A stretch of 64,000 bases of DNA from Thermodesulfobacteriota bacterium (GCA_965223335.1 OZ244991.1:1056001-1120000), one strand, 5' to 3'; positions 20,435 to 30,897 are shown, counted from the stretch's first letter. Numbers and translations are program-made. Notes: a model not told the origin generated them from the sequence alone.

Positions 20435-22048
20435 ATGAATAAATTTTGGAAGAGCGGAGACCCGTTTGTTTGGCTCACAGGTGCAGCACTTATGCTGAGC
20501 CTCCTTATGATCACGGGCCTCATGTACCTGATCATGGCCAAGGGTTTAGGGTTCTTTTGGCCCTCCCCAATTGCCGAGATAGAGCTCACACAAGGCTCCC
20601 CGCTCATGGGTCAGCTCACCGGGCACGAAAAAATCCCGCCCAAGGCCAAGGGGGATAAGCCCGAGTACAGGACCCAGATTAAGATTGGAAACAGGGATCT
20701 ATACGGCCTTGATTTCAAATGGGTCGACGATAGCAAGATCAAAGAGACCACCTACCCCGAATATGCCGTTGTACTAGAGAGACGCGAGTGGGGCAACATG
20801 TACGGTTTTATAAAGGAAATAATAGAAGACGGCACTACCGTATCCACAGGGAACGAGCAGTCTTGGTCTGTTCTAACCACTCTAATACCCAAGGCTCACG
20901 AGACTACTGCAAAGATAAAGAAGATCGAGAAAAAAGAGATAGGGGCCATCAACAAGTCCATCGAAGATTTACGTCTCGAGATTAAGGGGATTGAGCGCGA
21001 GGGTGGTAGCAGCGCAAGGGTCAAGGAACTTGAGTCCAAGATTGCTGACCTCGAGGGGAGTTATAAGGTTAAGGAAAAAGAGTTAACTGTTTTATACCAG
21101 GATCTTAATAAAAACAAGGTTGTTATGCAGTCGGTAGACGGTAGGGAAAAAGAGCTTTCTCTGGGGACTATAGTTAGGGCTTACCGTCCCAACTCAATGA
21201 ACTGGTTTCAAAAAGCCGGTTTATATCTATCCAAGTTATGGGAGTTTATTGCAGACGACCCGCGTGAGGCAAATACTGAGGGTGGGGTGTTCCCAGCAAT
21301 TTTCGGTACTGTTCTGGCTGTATTAATAATGAGCATTGCAGTGCTGCCTTTCGGGGTACTGGCGGCTCTGTACCTAAGAGAGTATGCAAAGCAGGGCACA
21401 CTGGTCGGCCTTGTCAGGATCTGTGTGAACAACCTAGCGGGTGTTCCCTCAATCGTTTTCGGAGTGTTCGCAGTAGGGTTTTTTATTTACGGCCTGGGTG
21501 GCACCATAGACAGTCTGTTCTATAAGGATGCCCTGCCAACCCCTACATTCGGTACAGGTGGGATACTGTGGGCATCTCTTACATTGGCTCTGCTTACGGT
21601 GCCTGTAGTGATAGTTGCTACTGAGGAGGGGCTGGCTGCTGTGCCCAAGGAGATAAGGGAAGGCTCTTTGGCGCTAGGGGCCACAAAGTTCGAGACTACA
21701 TGGAAAATCGTGCTCCCAAGCGCACTGCCTGCGATTCTGACCGGGTTAATACTGGCAATTGCGAGGGCAACGGGTGAGGTAGCTCCGCTTATGATTACGG
21801 GTGTAGTAAAGCTTGCACCCGAGCTTCCGATCGACAGCTACTTCCCGTTTATACACCTAGAGAGAAAATTCATGCACCTCGGGTTCCATATATATGATGT
21901 GGGATTTCAGTCCCCAAATGTAGAAGCGGCAAAACCGATGGTTTTTACTACTGCACTATTATTAATCGTCATAGTTGTTGCTCTTAACCTGACTGCAATA
22001 GTAATTAGGAACAAATTAAAGAAGAAGTACACAACCACAGCGGTATAA
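20435..22048 (+). CDS. pstA: Phosphate ABC permease PstA with coiled-coil insert
   Basis: NLAGVPSIVFG, EGSLALGATK and ARATGEVAPL motifs. Confidence 0.93.
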   Translation: MNKFWKSGDPFVWLTGAALMLSLLMITGLMYLIMAKGLGFFWPSPIAEIELTQGSPLMGQLTGHEKIPPKAKGDKPEYRTQIKIGNRDLYGLDFKWVDDSKIKETTYPEYAVVLERREWGNMYGFIKEIIEDGTTVSTGNEQSWSVLTTLIPKAHETTAKIKKIEKKEIGAINKSIEDLRLEIKGIEREGGSSARVKELESKIADLEGSYKVKEKELTVLYQDLNKNKVVMQSVDGREKELSLGTIVRAYRPNSMNWFQKAGLYLSKLWEFIADDPREANTEGGVFPAIFGTVLAVLIMSIAVLPFGVLAALYLREYAKQGTLVGLVRICVNNLAGVPSIVFGVFAVGFFIYGLGGTIDSLFYKDALPTPTFGTGGILWASLTLALLTVPVVIVATEEGLAAVPKEIREGSLALGATKFETTWKIVLPSALPAILTGLILAIARATGEVAPLMITGVVKLAPELPIDSYFPFIHLERKFMHLGFHIYDVGFQSPNVEAAKPMVFTTALLLIVIVVALNLTAIVIRNKLKKKYTTTAV

Positions 22049-22079
22049 TTGATTAATAATTTAGGAGGCTTCAGCACCG

Positions 22080-22943
22080 GTGGCTATTGAAAATGTTAGT
22101 GAAAAAGCAGAGAATATAGTTATGGAACAAGTAAATGTAGCTCGGGAACACGACACCGAAACCACTACCAATGTAAGGACACAAGTCCACGACCCTGTTG
22201 TTGTGGTTAATAACCTGAATCTCTTCTACGGAACCAAACAGGCGTTGATAGATATCAATATCGATATACCCAAGAATAAGGCCACAGCGTTCATAGGCCC
22301 ATCGGGTTGCGGCAAATCTACACTTTTACGCTGCTTTAACAGGCTAAACGATCTTGTGGATATAGCACGGGTCTCGGGTGAAATAATTATTGACGGCACT
22401 GATATTCATGACCCCAGTGTGGATATCACGGAGTTACGAAAAAATGTGGGTATGGTGTTTCAAAAATCCAACCCCTTTCCGAAATCTATATACGAGAATG
22501 TGGCTTATGGTGCTAGGATTGCTGGTATTAACGGTAAAGAGGAGCTTGACGAGATTGTAGAGACAAGCCTAAAAGGTGCGGCACTTTGGGATGAGGTAAA
22601 GGACAGACTTAACGATAGTGCATTGGGAATGTCTGGCGGGCAAATGCAGAGGCTTTGCATAGCACGGGCAATAGCTGTGGAGCCCGAGGTTTTACTTATG
22701 GACGAGCCTTGCTCGGCACTCGACCCTATAGCCACGGGGAAGATCGAGGACCTGATCAATGAGCTTAAGGATAACTACACAATTGTGATCGTAACTCACA
22801 ATATGCAGCAGGCAGCTCGAGTATCCGATTATACAGCGTTTATGTACCTTGGGGAGATCATAGAGTACAACGATACAGAAAAAATATTTCTTAATCCCGA
22901 CAACAAACAGACAGAGGACTACGTATCGGGGAAATTCGGTTGA
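22080..22943 (+). CDS. pstB: Phosphate ABC transporter ATPase
   Basis: [30 protein letters not shown] and THNMQQAAR motifs. Confidence 0.97.
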   Translation: MAIENVSEKAENIVMEQVNVAREHDTETTTNVRTQVHDPVVVVNNLNLFYGTKQALIDINIDIPKNKATAFIGPSGCGKSTLLRCFNRLNDLVDIARVSGEIIIDGTDIHDPSVDITELRKNVGMVFQKSNPFPKSIYENVAYGARIAGINGKEELDEIVETSLKGAALWDEVKDRLNDSALGMSGGQMQRLCIARAIAVEPEVLLMDEPCSALDPIATGKIEDLINELKDNYTIVIVTHNMQQAARVSDYTAFMYLGEIIEYNDTEKIFLNPDNKQTEDYVSGKFG

Positions 22944-22994
22944 TAGATTGAACATGATTTAATTAATTGAAACATGTTCAAAACGAATGAAAAA

Positions 22995-23435
22995 ATGAAG
23001 AAAAAAGTGATTTTTATTTGCACTCATAACTCAGCCCGCTCGCAGATGGCTGAGGGTCTTTTGCGCGATATGTATGGCGACACCTACCAGGTGTATAGTG
23101 CTGGGACCGCACCCTCACGTGTGAACCCCTATGCAATAAAGGTAATGGATGAGATTGGCATAGATATCTCCAATCACACCTCTAAAAACGTGGATGACCT
23201 AAGCGGGATAGAGTTCGATATTGTGGTAACAGTATGTGATCACGCCAAAGAGAACTGCCCGGTCTTTCATGGAGGCGACATTCGTCTACACCATAATTTC
23301 AGAGATCCCTCTAAATTCAGGGGTAAAGACGAGGAGATCCTGGCAGGGTTTAGGGGTATACGGGACGAGATTAGGGATTGGATTGCTTTAGAGTTCACGA
23401 GCAATAACGTTAGCAAGAGTGGGCAGTCGGTGTGA
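22995..23435 (+). CDS. arsC: Arsenate reductase, LMW-PTP/thioredoxin type
   Basis: CTHNSARSQMAEG P-loop, resolving pair VCDHAKENCP and DP motif. Confidence 0.88.
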   Translation: MKKKVIFICTHNSARSQMAEGLLRDMYGDTYQVYSAGTAPSRVNPYAIKVMDEIGIDISNHTSKNVDDLSGIEFDIVVTVCDHAKENCPVFHGGDIRLHHNFRDPSKFRGKDEEILAGFRGIRDEIRDWIALEFTSNNVSKSGQSV

Positions 23436-23464
23436 ACTCGTTGTTATAACGCGGAGGTAACGGT

Positions 23465-24127
23465 ATGGCAAGGTTAGACGAGGAAATTAACAAGCTTAAA
23501 AAAATGGTATTCGAGATGTCCACATTTGTGGAGGATATGATTGCCAAGAGTGTGAAATCACTCAAAGAGCGCAACATGATTATGGCCGAAGAGGTCATAA
23601 AGAGCGATGAAAAAGTAAATGAGATTGAGATCGATATCGAGAACCAGTGTATAAGGATATTGGCACTGTATCACCCTGAGGCGGCGGATCTAAGAACAGT
23701 TGCAATGATAATGAAGATAAATAACGATCTGGAGAGGATCGGGGATCATGCGGTTAATATTGCCGAGAAATCAATCTACCTGGCCGATAAACCACCTGTA
23801 AAACCGCTTATAGATATTCCTAAAATGGCAGATAAGGCCATAGAGATGTTAAGGGAGAGTCTCGATTCTTTTGTAAACAAAGATGCCGATTTAGCAATTG
23901 ATGTTTGCAAGAAAGACGATGAAGTAGATCTGTTAGAACCTCAAATAGTGAGGGAACTTGTTACATATATGATTGCCGATCCGAAAATAATTGATAGAGC
24001 GCTTAGTTTAATAATGGTTGCCAGGAACCTAGAGAGGGTTGCCGATCTGGCTACGAATATTGCCGAAGACACCTATTATGTTGCAAGCGGAAAAATATTG
24101 AAGCACCATGCATCGAAGGGAAGCTAA
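23465..24127 (+). CDS. phoU: Phosphate signalling regulator PhoU
   Basis: DLERIGDHAVNIA and LERVADLATNIAE repeats. Confidence 0.96.
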   Translation: MARLDEEINKLKKMVFEMSTFVEDMIAKSVKSLKERNMIMAEEVIKSDEKVNEIEIDIENQCIRILALYHPEAADLRTVAMIMKINNDLERIGDHAVNIAEKSIYLADKPPVKPLIDIPKMADKAIEMLRESLDSFVNKDADLAIDVCKKDDEVDLLEPQIVRELVTYMIADPKIIDRALSLIMVARNLERVADLATNIAEDTYYVASGKILKHHASKGS

Positions 24128-24327
24128 TCTCTAGCAATAAAGTTTTAAAGACATGCCCGATTGTAGTAAATCCACCTTTATTGCCCACCGGCACTTAACA
24201 AATCCCAGAGAATAAAGAAGTAGATAATCTCTGACATAAGCCTGTAGACACAGTTATAAATGGCGGTTGCTTGAAATGAGACGGCATACTGATAGACTTA
24301 ATTGATTAAAGTCACTTATTGATAACC

Positions 24328-25179
24328 ATGTATTTAAAAGACCTATACAACGAAAGCAGACACTATCTTCACAGCCGCTCTATACATAGTTCGGACCTAG
24401 AGGCCTGGTTGCTCTTATCACATGCAGAGATAATAGAGTCCAGAGAAGAATTATACAGATCACCTAATAAGATAATAAATGAAGATGAGATCATTATGCT
24501 AAAGGAACTCATACAAAGACGAGTAAATCATGAGCCGATGGCTTATATCCTCGGGGAAAAGGAGTTCTACTCCCGCGCGTTTCATGTGAATAGGGATGTG
24601 CTGATTCCGAGGCCCGAGACCGAACTGCTTGTGGACAGGGCATTGTGGGTGACAAAAGATTTCCAGTGCCCGAGTGTCGTGGATGTTGGGACCGGAAGCG
24701 GGTGTGTAGCGGTCACGATTGCTTTGGAGAATCCCACTAGTACTGTAATCGCGACAGATATCTCTGAGCCCGCAATAAATGTAGCTAAAGAAAACGCATG
24801 TCTGCACGGTGTAGAAAATAGAATGCTGTTTGTGCTCGGGGATGTAATGGCACAGTTTACAGATAACACATTTGATATTGTGGTTTCCAATCCCCCCTAC
24901 GTAAGCGAAGAGGAGTACAAGGGGCTTGAGCCCGATCTGAGGGATTATGAGCCCAAATCAGCACTCGTAGCCGGGGAAACGGGGCTTGAGTGCATAGAAC
25001 AAGTCATATCTGTTGCAGGTTCAAAGTTAAGATCCGGGGGCTTTTGTTTGCTAGAGATAGGTGAGAGCCAGGCAGACTCCACAAGAAGTCTCATGAGCCG
25101 AGCAGGGTATAGTGATATATACGTTTTAAAAGACTATTCGGGTAATGATAGAGTGGTAATAGGCAGATGGACAAAATAG
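24328..25179 (+). CDS. prmC: Release factor glutamine methyltransferase
   Basis: EPMAYILG, VLIPRPETE, DVGTGSG and SNPPY motifs. Confidence 0.95.
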   Translation: MYLKDLYNESRHYLHSRSIHSSDLEAWLLLSHAEIIESREELYRSPNKIINEDEIIMLKELIQRRVNHEPMAYILGEKEFYSRAFHVNRDVLIPRPETELLVDRALWVTKDFQCPSVVDVGTGSGCVAVTIALENPTSTVIATDISEPAINVAKENACLHGVENRMLFVLGDVMAQFTDNTFDIVVSNPPYVSEEEYKGLEPDLRDYEPKSALVAGETGLECIEQVISVAGSKLRSGGFCLLEIGESQADSTRSLMSRAGYSDIYVLKDYSGNDRVVIGRWTK

Positions 25180-26423
25180 TAATAGAAGGCGGGAACCGGT
25201 TAGAGGGCAGTGTTACGATTAGCGGTGCTAAAAACGCGGTACTGCCCCTTATGGCTGCAACCATTTTAACCGAGGGTGTTAGCACCTTTACCAATGTACC
25301 TGATCTAGCCGATGTAAGGACTATGATCAAGCTTCTTGAGGTGGTTGGTGCTGTAGTGGAGTACCAAGACGGTAGCCTTTCAATAGATTCGAGCGGGATC
25401 AATAACTGGGAGGCACCCTATGACCTTGTAAAAACAATGAGGGCGTCGGTACTTGTGTTGGGTCCGCTTACGTCTAGGTTTGGTAGGGCACGAGTCTCTT
25501 TGCCCGGAGGCTGTGCAATTGGGGAACGTCCTATAGACCAGCACCTAAAGGGGTTAGGTCTGCTTGGGGCCGATATTGCCATTGAGGAGGGCTACGTTGA
25601 GACCTCTGCAAAGAGATTAACAGGCGGGGTAATACCGTTTGATGTATCTACTGTGACTGGGACCGAGAATATTATTCTCTCGTCCGTTTTGTGCAGCGGC
25701 GAGACAGTGCTCCTAAACGCAGCATGCGAGCCCGAGGTCACTGAGCTTGCCAATGCTCTTAACTTGATGGGTGCGGATATAAAAGGTGTGGGTACAGACA
25801 TAATAACAATAAAAGGTGTAGATAAGCTTAACCCGGTCGTTGATTACGAGGTGATGCCCGATAGGATCGAGGCCGGGACTATCATGGTGGCAGCCTCTGT
25901 TACAGGCGGGGATATATTGATGGAGAACTGCCGATTCGAGAATATGGGAGCGCTGATCGGGAAATTAATGGAGTCGGGTACAGAGATAAGTAGAGAGAAT
26001 GGAGGAATCCGTGTAAAAGGCTCCGATGAGGTAAAGAGTGTCGATTTCACAACACTCCCGTACCCAGGTTTCCCTACAGACATGCAGGCACAGATGATGA
26101 CGCTCATGAGTATAGCAAAGGGGCTAAGTATAATAACAGAGACAATATTCCCCCAGAGATTTATGCATGCCGGAGAGCTGCGTCGGATGGGGGCGGATAT
26201 AAGACTTGTAGGCAATAATGCGGTGGTAAGGGGTGTAGACTATGTGAGCGGTGCACCCATAATGGCCAGTGATCTGCGTGCGAGTGCGTCGCTTGTGCTG
26301 GCGGGGCTTGCCGCCAAAGGCCGCACCGATATTTCACGTGTGTATCACCTCGACAGGGGATATGAGAGACTCGATAAAAAACTTGAATCTTTAGGTGCTA
26401 GGATTTGGAGGGAAAAAGAGTGA
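25167..26423 (+). CDS. murA: UDP-N-acetylglucosamine 1-carboxyvinyltransferase
   Basis: GAKNA, MRAS, PGGCAIG, PGFPTD and DLRA motifs. Confidence 0.98.
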   Translation: MDKIVIEGGNRLEGSVTISGAKNAVLPLMAATILTEGVSTFTNVPDLADVRTMIKLLEVVGAVVEYQDGSLSIDSSGINNWEAPYDLVKTMRASVLVLGPLTSRFGRARVSLPGGCAIGERPIDQHLKGLGLLGADIAIEEGYVETSAKRLTGGVIPFDVSTVTGTENIILSSVLCSGETVLLNAACEPEVTELANALNLMGADIKGVGTDIITIKGVDKLNPVVDYEVMPDRIEAGTIMVAASVTGGDILMENCRFENMGALIGKLMESGTEISRENGGIRVKGSDEVKSVDFTTLPYPGFPTDMQAQMMTLMSIAKGLSIITETIFPQRFMHAGELRRMGADIRLVGNNAVVRGVDYVSGAPIMASDLRASASLVLAGLAAKGRTDISRVYHLDRGYERLDKKLESLGARIWREKE

Positions 26424-27046
26424 TAACACTTGCGATTGCACGAGGACGTTTGTTAACAGAGGCTTCAGTATTACTTGAAAAATCCGGCTATCCCGTGGAC
26501 GACATAGCACGGGATTCCCGTAAATTGATCTTTGAGTACCCCGAGCACGGGCTAAAGATTCTGATAATTCGGCCTACGGATATTCCGTCATATGTCGAGC
26601 ATGGTGCAGCCGATTGCGGCATTGTGGGCAAAGACACATTGATGGAAGAGGCCCACGATCTATACGAGCCGCTCGATCTGGGTTTGGGCAGGTGCAGATT
26701 GGTTGTTGCGGCCCCAAAGGGCTTTGATTCCACCACCAAGCGGATGCTTAGGGTAGCTACGAAATACCCGTCGATTGCCCACGAGTATTATGCTCAAAAG
26801 GGCATAGGGGCCGAGATTGTAAAACTGTATGGGTCTGTCGAACTAGCTCCGATAGTGGGTCTTTCAGACGTTATTGTAGACCTGACTGCCTCGGGCGAAA
26901 CTCTTCGCAAAAACAAATTGGTAGAGGTCGAAACAATAGCCGACATCACGGCACGATTGGTAGTAAACCGCGTTAGCATGAAAGTAAAATCTGAAGAGAT
27001 CAAAGGACTTATCAACAAGCTTAAGAGGGTTAGAAAAGCTGCTTAA
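26420..27046 (+). CDS. hisG: ATP phosphoribosyltransferase, short form
   Basis: GIVGKD, ATKY, KLYGSVELAP and GETLR motifs; no C-terminal regulatory domain; GTG start overlaps the murA stop (GTGA). Confidence 0.95.
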   Translation: MITLAIARGRLLTEASVLLEKSGYPVDDIARDSRKLIFEYPEHGLKILIIRPTDIPSYVEHGAADCGIVGKDTLMEEAHDLYEPLDLGLGRCRLVVAAPKGFDSTTKRMLRVATKYPSIAHEYYAQKGIGAEIVKLYGSVELAPIVGLSDVIVDLTASGETLRKNKLVEVETIADITARLVVNRVSMKVKSEEIKGLINKLKRVRKAA

Positions 27047-27139
27047 AAGCAATATCTTCGGATGGTAATATAATTTGAGTCTAATGAATTATTTACGCAT
27101 CAAAAAGAGATAGCAGTTTATAACATTGGGGGTGATAGG

Positions 27140-28459
27140 ATGACCGCACAACATAAGGCCAAAGCACCTACGGATTTACCCGGCGAAAGGTTCAGTAGGG
27201 AAAGTATTTTGGAGAGTTATAGGGCCACCAGGCAGTTTTCCGAGGAGCTTGCCGACCCTCTGGAAATTGAGGATTACGTTATCCAGTCTATGCCCGATGT
27301 GAGCCCTACCAAATGGCATTTGGCACACACAAGCTGGTTCTTCGAAGAGTTTGTGCTCACGGAATCCGACCCTACGTACAAGCACCTAAACCCCAAGTAC
27401 AGCTATCTTTTTAACTCATACTATGTTCTGGCAGGTGACCGGTACTACCGCCCAAATAGAGGGCTTATATCCCGGCCCACCGTAGAACAAACCTATGCGT
27501 ACCGCAATCATATTGATGAGGCAATGCTCGATTTTATCCATAACACCGACGATTCTAAGTGGGACGATATCTCATCGGTCATAGAGATTGGGATACACCA
27601 CGAGCAGCAGCATCAGGAGCTCTTGCTCACCGATATAAAGCATGTGCTTTCCCATAACCCGCTTAACCCCGAATATATTACACCTGCCACGCACACCGAC
27701 TCAAAAAATGGCGGTGATACAAAAGCCGAGTGGATTAAATACCCCGAGGGGATATATCTCATTGGCAACGACGGGGACGAGTTCGGTTACGATAACGAGT
27801 TCCCACGCCACAAAACCTATGTTGGGGAATTCGAGATTGCAACGAGGCTAGTCACAAACAGAGAGTACTTAGAGTTTATAGAGGACGGGGGTTATGGAGC
27901 ACAGGTGCTCTGGTTATCGGACGCTTGGCCAACCTTAACATCCAACGGGTGGGATTCTCCGCTCTATTGGGAGCAGAGAGACGGTGAGTGGTACCAGTTC
28001 ACACTCGTGGGATTACAAAAACTCGCGATGGACGAGCCGGTTTGTCATGTGAGCTACTACGAGGCAGACGCATATGCTAGGTGGGCTGGTGCTAGGCTTC
28101 CTACCGAATCAGAGTGGGAAGTTTCTGCAGAAAATGCCGATATTGAGGGCAACTTTGTGGATGATGGCAGGTTCCATCCCGTAGAGGTCCAAAACGATGG
28201 TGATCCGGCAATCCCCAATCAACTTTATGGAGATGTGTGGGAGTGGACCCAAAGCCCCTACACTGCGTACCCCGGGTACAAAACCCTCCCTGGGGCATTG
28301 GGTGAGTACAACGGCAAGTTCATGTGTAACCAGTTTGTGCTCCGCGGTGGCTCTTGTGCTACCTCAAGATCACATATCAGAAAGACATACCGCAACTTTT
28401 TCCCCGCAGATGCAAGGTGGCAGTTTATGGGTATACGTCTTGCGCGCGATACTGACTAG
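27140..28459 (+). CDS. egtB: Ergothioneine biosynthesis sulfoxide synthase EgtB
   Basis: QSMPDVSPTKWHLAHT, FNSYY, HHEQQHQEL, FGE-like C-terminal domain, YNGKFM and YRNFFP...RWQF. Confidence 0.95.
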   Translation: MTAQHKAKAPTDLPGERFSRESILESYRATRQFSEELADPLEIEDYVIQSMPDVSPTKWHLAHTSWFFEEFVLTESDPTYKHLNPKYSYLFNSYYVLAGDRYYRPNRGLISRPTVEQTYAYRNHIDEAMLDFIHNTDDSKWDDISSVIEIGIHHEQQHQELLLTDIKHVLSHNPLNPEYITPATHTDSKNGGDTKAEWIKYPEGIYLIGNDGDEFGYDNEFPRHKTYVGEFEIATRLVTNREYLEFIEDGGYGAQVLWLSDAWPTLTSNGWDSPLYWEQRDGEWYQFTLVGLQKLAMDEPVCHVSYYEADAYARWAGARLPTESEWEVSAENADIEGNFVDDGRFHPVEVQNDGDPAIPNQLYGDVWEWTQSPYTAYPGYKTLPGALGEYNGKFMCNQFVLRGGSCATSRSHIRKTYRNFFPADARWQFMGIRLARDTD

Positions 28460-28494
28460 AACACAACTTACCCAACAATTAAATTACTACTCTT

Positions 28495-29457
28495 ATGACA
28501 ACAAAACTAGCACAACTAGAAAATATCAAACCCGGGCCGGCCGAGCTCTTAAGAGAGGTATTAGAAGGGCTCAATGCTGAGCAAAAGCGGTTACCCAGCA
28601 AGCTGTTCTACGATAACTATGGCTCGAAACTGTTCGAGCAGATTTGTGAGCTTGACGAGTATTATTTGACCCGTACTGAGATCTCTGTTATGGAAGAATC
28701 GGTCGGGGAAATTGCCGGGTGTCTGGGAGCTGAATGTCTCTTAATAGAGCTAGGTAGCGGCAGCAGCTACAAGATCAGGCTTCTGCTCGATCACATAGAC
28801 CACCCGCGCGGTTACATACCTATAGACATATCAAAGGAACATTTACTGGAATCTACTCGAGCGCTCGCGGTCGATTATCCAGAACTCGAGATCGTCCCCC
28901 TCTATGCCGATTACACCAAAACTTTTAGTCTGCCTAAACAAGCTCGGCACGTGACCAACAAGGTCTTTTACTATCCCGGGTCCACCATAGGCAACTTCGA
29001 TCCACACGAGGCCAGGGAATTCCTACGGCGAATAGGAAAAATCGGGGATAGGCAAAGCGGGCTTCTAATCGGAGTCGACCTGCAAAAGGAAAAGCAGGTT
29101 CTAAACGATGCATATAACGATAATAAGGGTGTTACAGCCGAATTTAATCTCAATATTCTTCGTAACGTAAACAGGGAACTGCACACCGATTTCGTAGTCG
29201 ATAACTGGGAGCATCTAGCGTTTTATAACGCCGAAGAGGGCAGGATTGAGATGCATCTAAAGAGTAAGCTAGCTCAAGAGGTTACAATTCGCGGACAACG
29301 TATTAAAATTGAGGCCGGCGAGACAGTACTTACGGAATACTCCTATAAATACACGCCCGAGGGTTTTAAACAGTTAGTGGATGGAATCTATGAGGTAGAG
29401 CGAGTGTGGACAGATAGCGATGAAATGTTTAGCATCCAGTTCCTGCGAGCGCTCTGA
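28495..29457 (+). CDS. egtD: Histidine N-alpha-trimethyltransferase EgtD
   Basis: KLFYD..GS.LFEQIC.L.EYYLTRTE, ELGSG, GSTIGN, RIEMHL and TEYSYKY motifs. Confidence 0.95.
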   Translation: MTTKLAQLENIKPGPAELLREVLEGLNAEQKRLPSKLFYDNYGSKLFEQICELDEYYLTRTEISVMEESVGEIAGCLGAECLLIELGSGSSYKIRLLLDHIDHPRGYIPIDISKEHLLESTRALAVDYPELEIVPLYADYTKTFSLPKQARHVTNKVFYYPGSTIGNFDPHEAREFLRRIGKIGDRQSGLLIGVDLQKEKQVLNDAYNDNKGVTAEFNLNILRNVNRELHTDFVVDNWEHLAFYNAEEGRIEMHLKSKLAQEVTIRGQRIKIEAGETVLTEYSYKYTPEGFKQLVDGIYEVERVWTDSDEMFSIQFLRAL

Positions 29458-29497
29458 TGAATTGCACACAATCCAGACGACTAATGAGGGAAGACAG

Positions 29498-29986
29498 ATG
29501 AAGCGTATAGAAGCAAAACCCGGGCAGGAATCAGTTTGGGACTACCCCCGTCCTCCACGGGTTGAGGATAGCGAGAAACATGTCGAGATATTTTTTAACG
29601 ACATAATGATAGCCGACTCCTCTGCGACAAAGAGGGTGTTGGAAACGAGCAGCCCACCTGTTTACTATCTTCCTTTGGAGGATATTGAGATGAGGTACCT
29701 GTCTCTATCCGACAAAAAAACAATGTGCGAATGGAAGGGGCTTGCATCGTACTACAATATCAAGGTCCATGATAAAGCTGCTTTAAATGCTGCGTGGTAC
29801 TATCCCGATCCCATCCCCGAGTATAGTGTACTTAAAGGCTATGTGGCCTTCTACCCGCAGTATATGGACGTCTGCTATCTAGACGGCGAGGTCGTTTCCC
29901 CTCAACCCGGCTCGTTTTATGGGGGTTGGATCACATCCGATATAGTAGGGCCGTTTAAAGGCGAGCCCGGCACCGAGGGCTGGTAG
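29498..29986 (+). CDS. DUF427 domain protein
   Basis: ESVWDYPRPP, LETSSPPVYY, CEWKG, AAWYYP and FYGGWIT motifs; start reassigned to the ATG at 29498. Confidence 0.88.
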   Translation: MKRIEAKPGQESVWDYPRPPRVEDSEKHVEIFFNDIMIADSSATKRVLETSSPPVYYLPLEDIEMRYLSLSDKKTMCEWKGLASYYNIKVHDKAALNAAWYYPDPIPEYSVLKGYVAFYPQYMDVCYLDGEVVSPQPGSFYGGWITSDIVGPFKGEPGTEGW

Positions 29987-30160
29987 CATTATAAACCTAC
30001 CAGTCACAGCAATCTACAAGTGCCCAAGGCCTACCCACTTTGTAGAGATATTTAAAACCTACAACACAATTGACATATATAATGAAAGAGTAAAGATTAA
30101 AAAGAGCTGCGCGGCAGTACTCTCTTTCTGAGATCTACTATTTACCGGTGAGTTGAGCAG

Positions 30161-30892
30161 ATGATCGAATTACAAAATGTCTCGAAATACTACAATCGTT
30201 CAAAAGTCCTCGACTCTATCAACCTTGTAATCAACCCATCCAGCACTACGGTGTTAATAGGGCCGAGCGGTTCGGGCAAGTCAACTGTGCTTAGGATACT
30301 TGTGGGCTTGGTAGTGAGCGACACGGGCCGTGTGGTGGTAGAGGGCGAGAAACTCGATTCTGCCGATATTCTTAGGTTCAGGCATAAAATGGGTTATGTG
30401 ATCCAAGAGGGTGGTCTCTTCCCGCATATGGATTCCCGACGCAACGTAACACTGATGCCAAGCTATCTCGGATGGGAGCAGGCCCGGATAGATTCAAGAT
30501 TGGAAGAGCTATGCGATCTTACAAAATTTCCCCGTGATGCACTGAGCAGGTTTCCCCTAGAGATCTCCGGGGGCCAGCGCGAGCGTGTAAGCCTAATGCG
30601 AGCACTTATGCTCGACCCCGATATACTCCTACTCGATGAACCCCTGGGTGCGCTCGACCCACTCGTGCGTTTCGATTTACAAAACGACCTAAGAGAGATA
30701 TTTCAGACGCTTAACAAAACCGTGGTGCTTGTAACACATGACCTGGGCGAAGCGGCGTTCTTCGGGGATGAGATCGTATTGATGAACGAGGGGACTATTG
30801 CACAGCAGGGCCCGATGACCGAACTTGTACAGGCACCCAAATCAGAGTTTGTAAAGCGTTTTGTCGATGCGCAGCGCACTCTGCAGTTTTAG
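30161..30892 (+). CDS. ABC transporter ATPase, osmoprotectant (Opu/ProV) family
   Basis: GPSGSGKST, GYVIQEGGLFPH, SGGQRER and LLDEPLGALDP motifs. Confidence 0.9.
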   Translation: MIELQNVSKYYNRSKVLDSINLVINPSSTTVLIGPSGSGKSTVLRILVGLVVSDTGRVVVEGEKLDSADILRFRHKMGYVIQEGGLFPHMDSRRNVTLMPSYLGWEQARIDSRLEELCDLTKFPRDALSRFPLEISGGQRERVSLMRALMLDPDILLLDEPLGALDPLVRFDLQNDLREIFQTLNKTVVLVTHDLGEAAFFGDEIVLMNEGTIAQQGPMTELVQAPKSEFVKRFVDAQRTLQF

Positions 30893-30897
30893 ATAAA

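Noticed and set aside
27140..28459. Selenoneine (SenA) or ovothiol (OvoA) interpretation of the sulfoxide synthase
   Set aside because: No senB or selD neighbour and no C-terminal methyltransferase domain; egtD is adjacent.
29987..30160. Imperfect hairpins upstream of the ABC ATPase as a possible riboswitch
   Set aside because: Weak pairing and no recognisable aptamer consensus.
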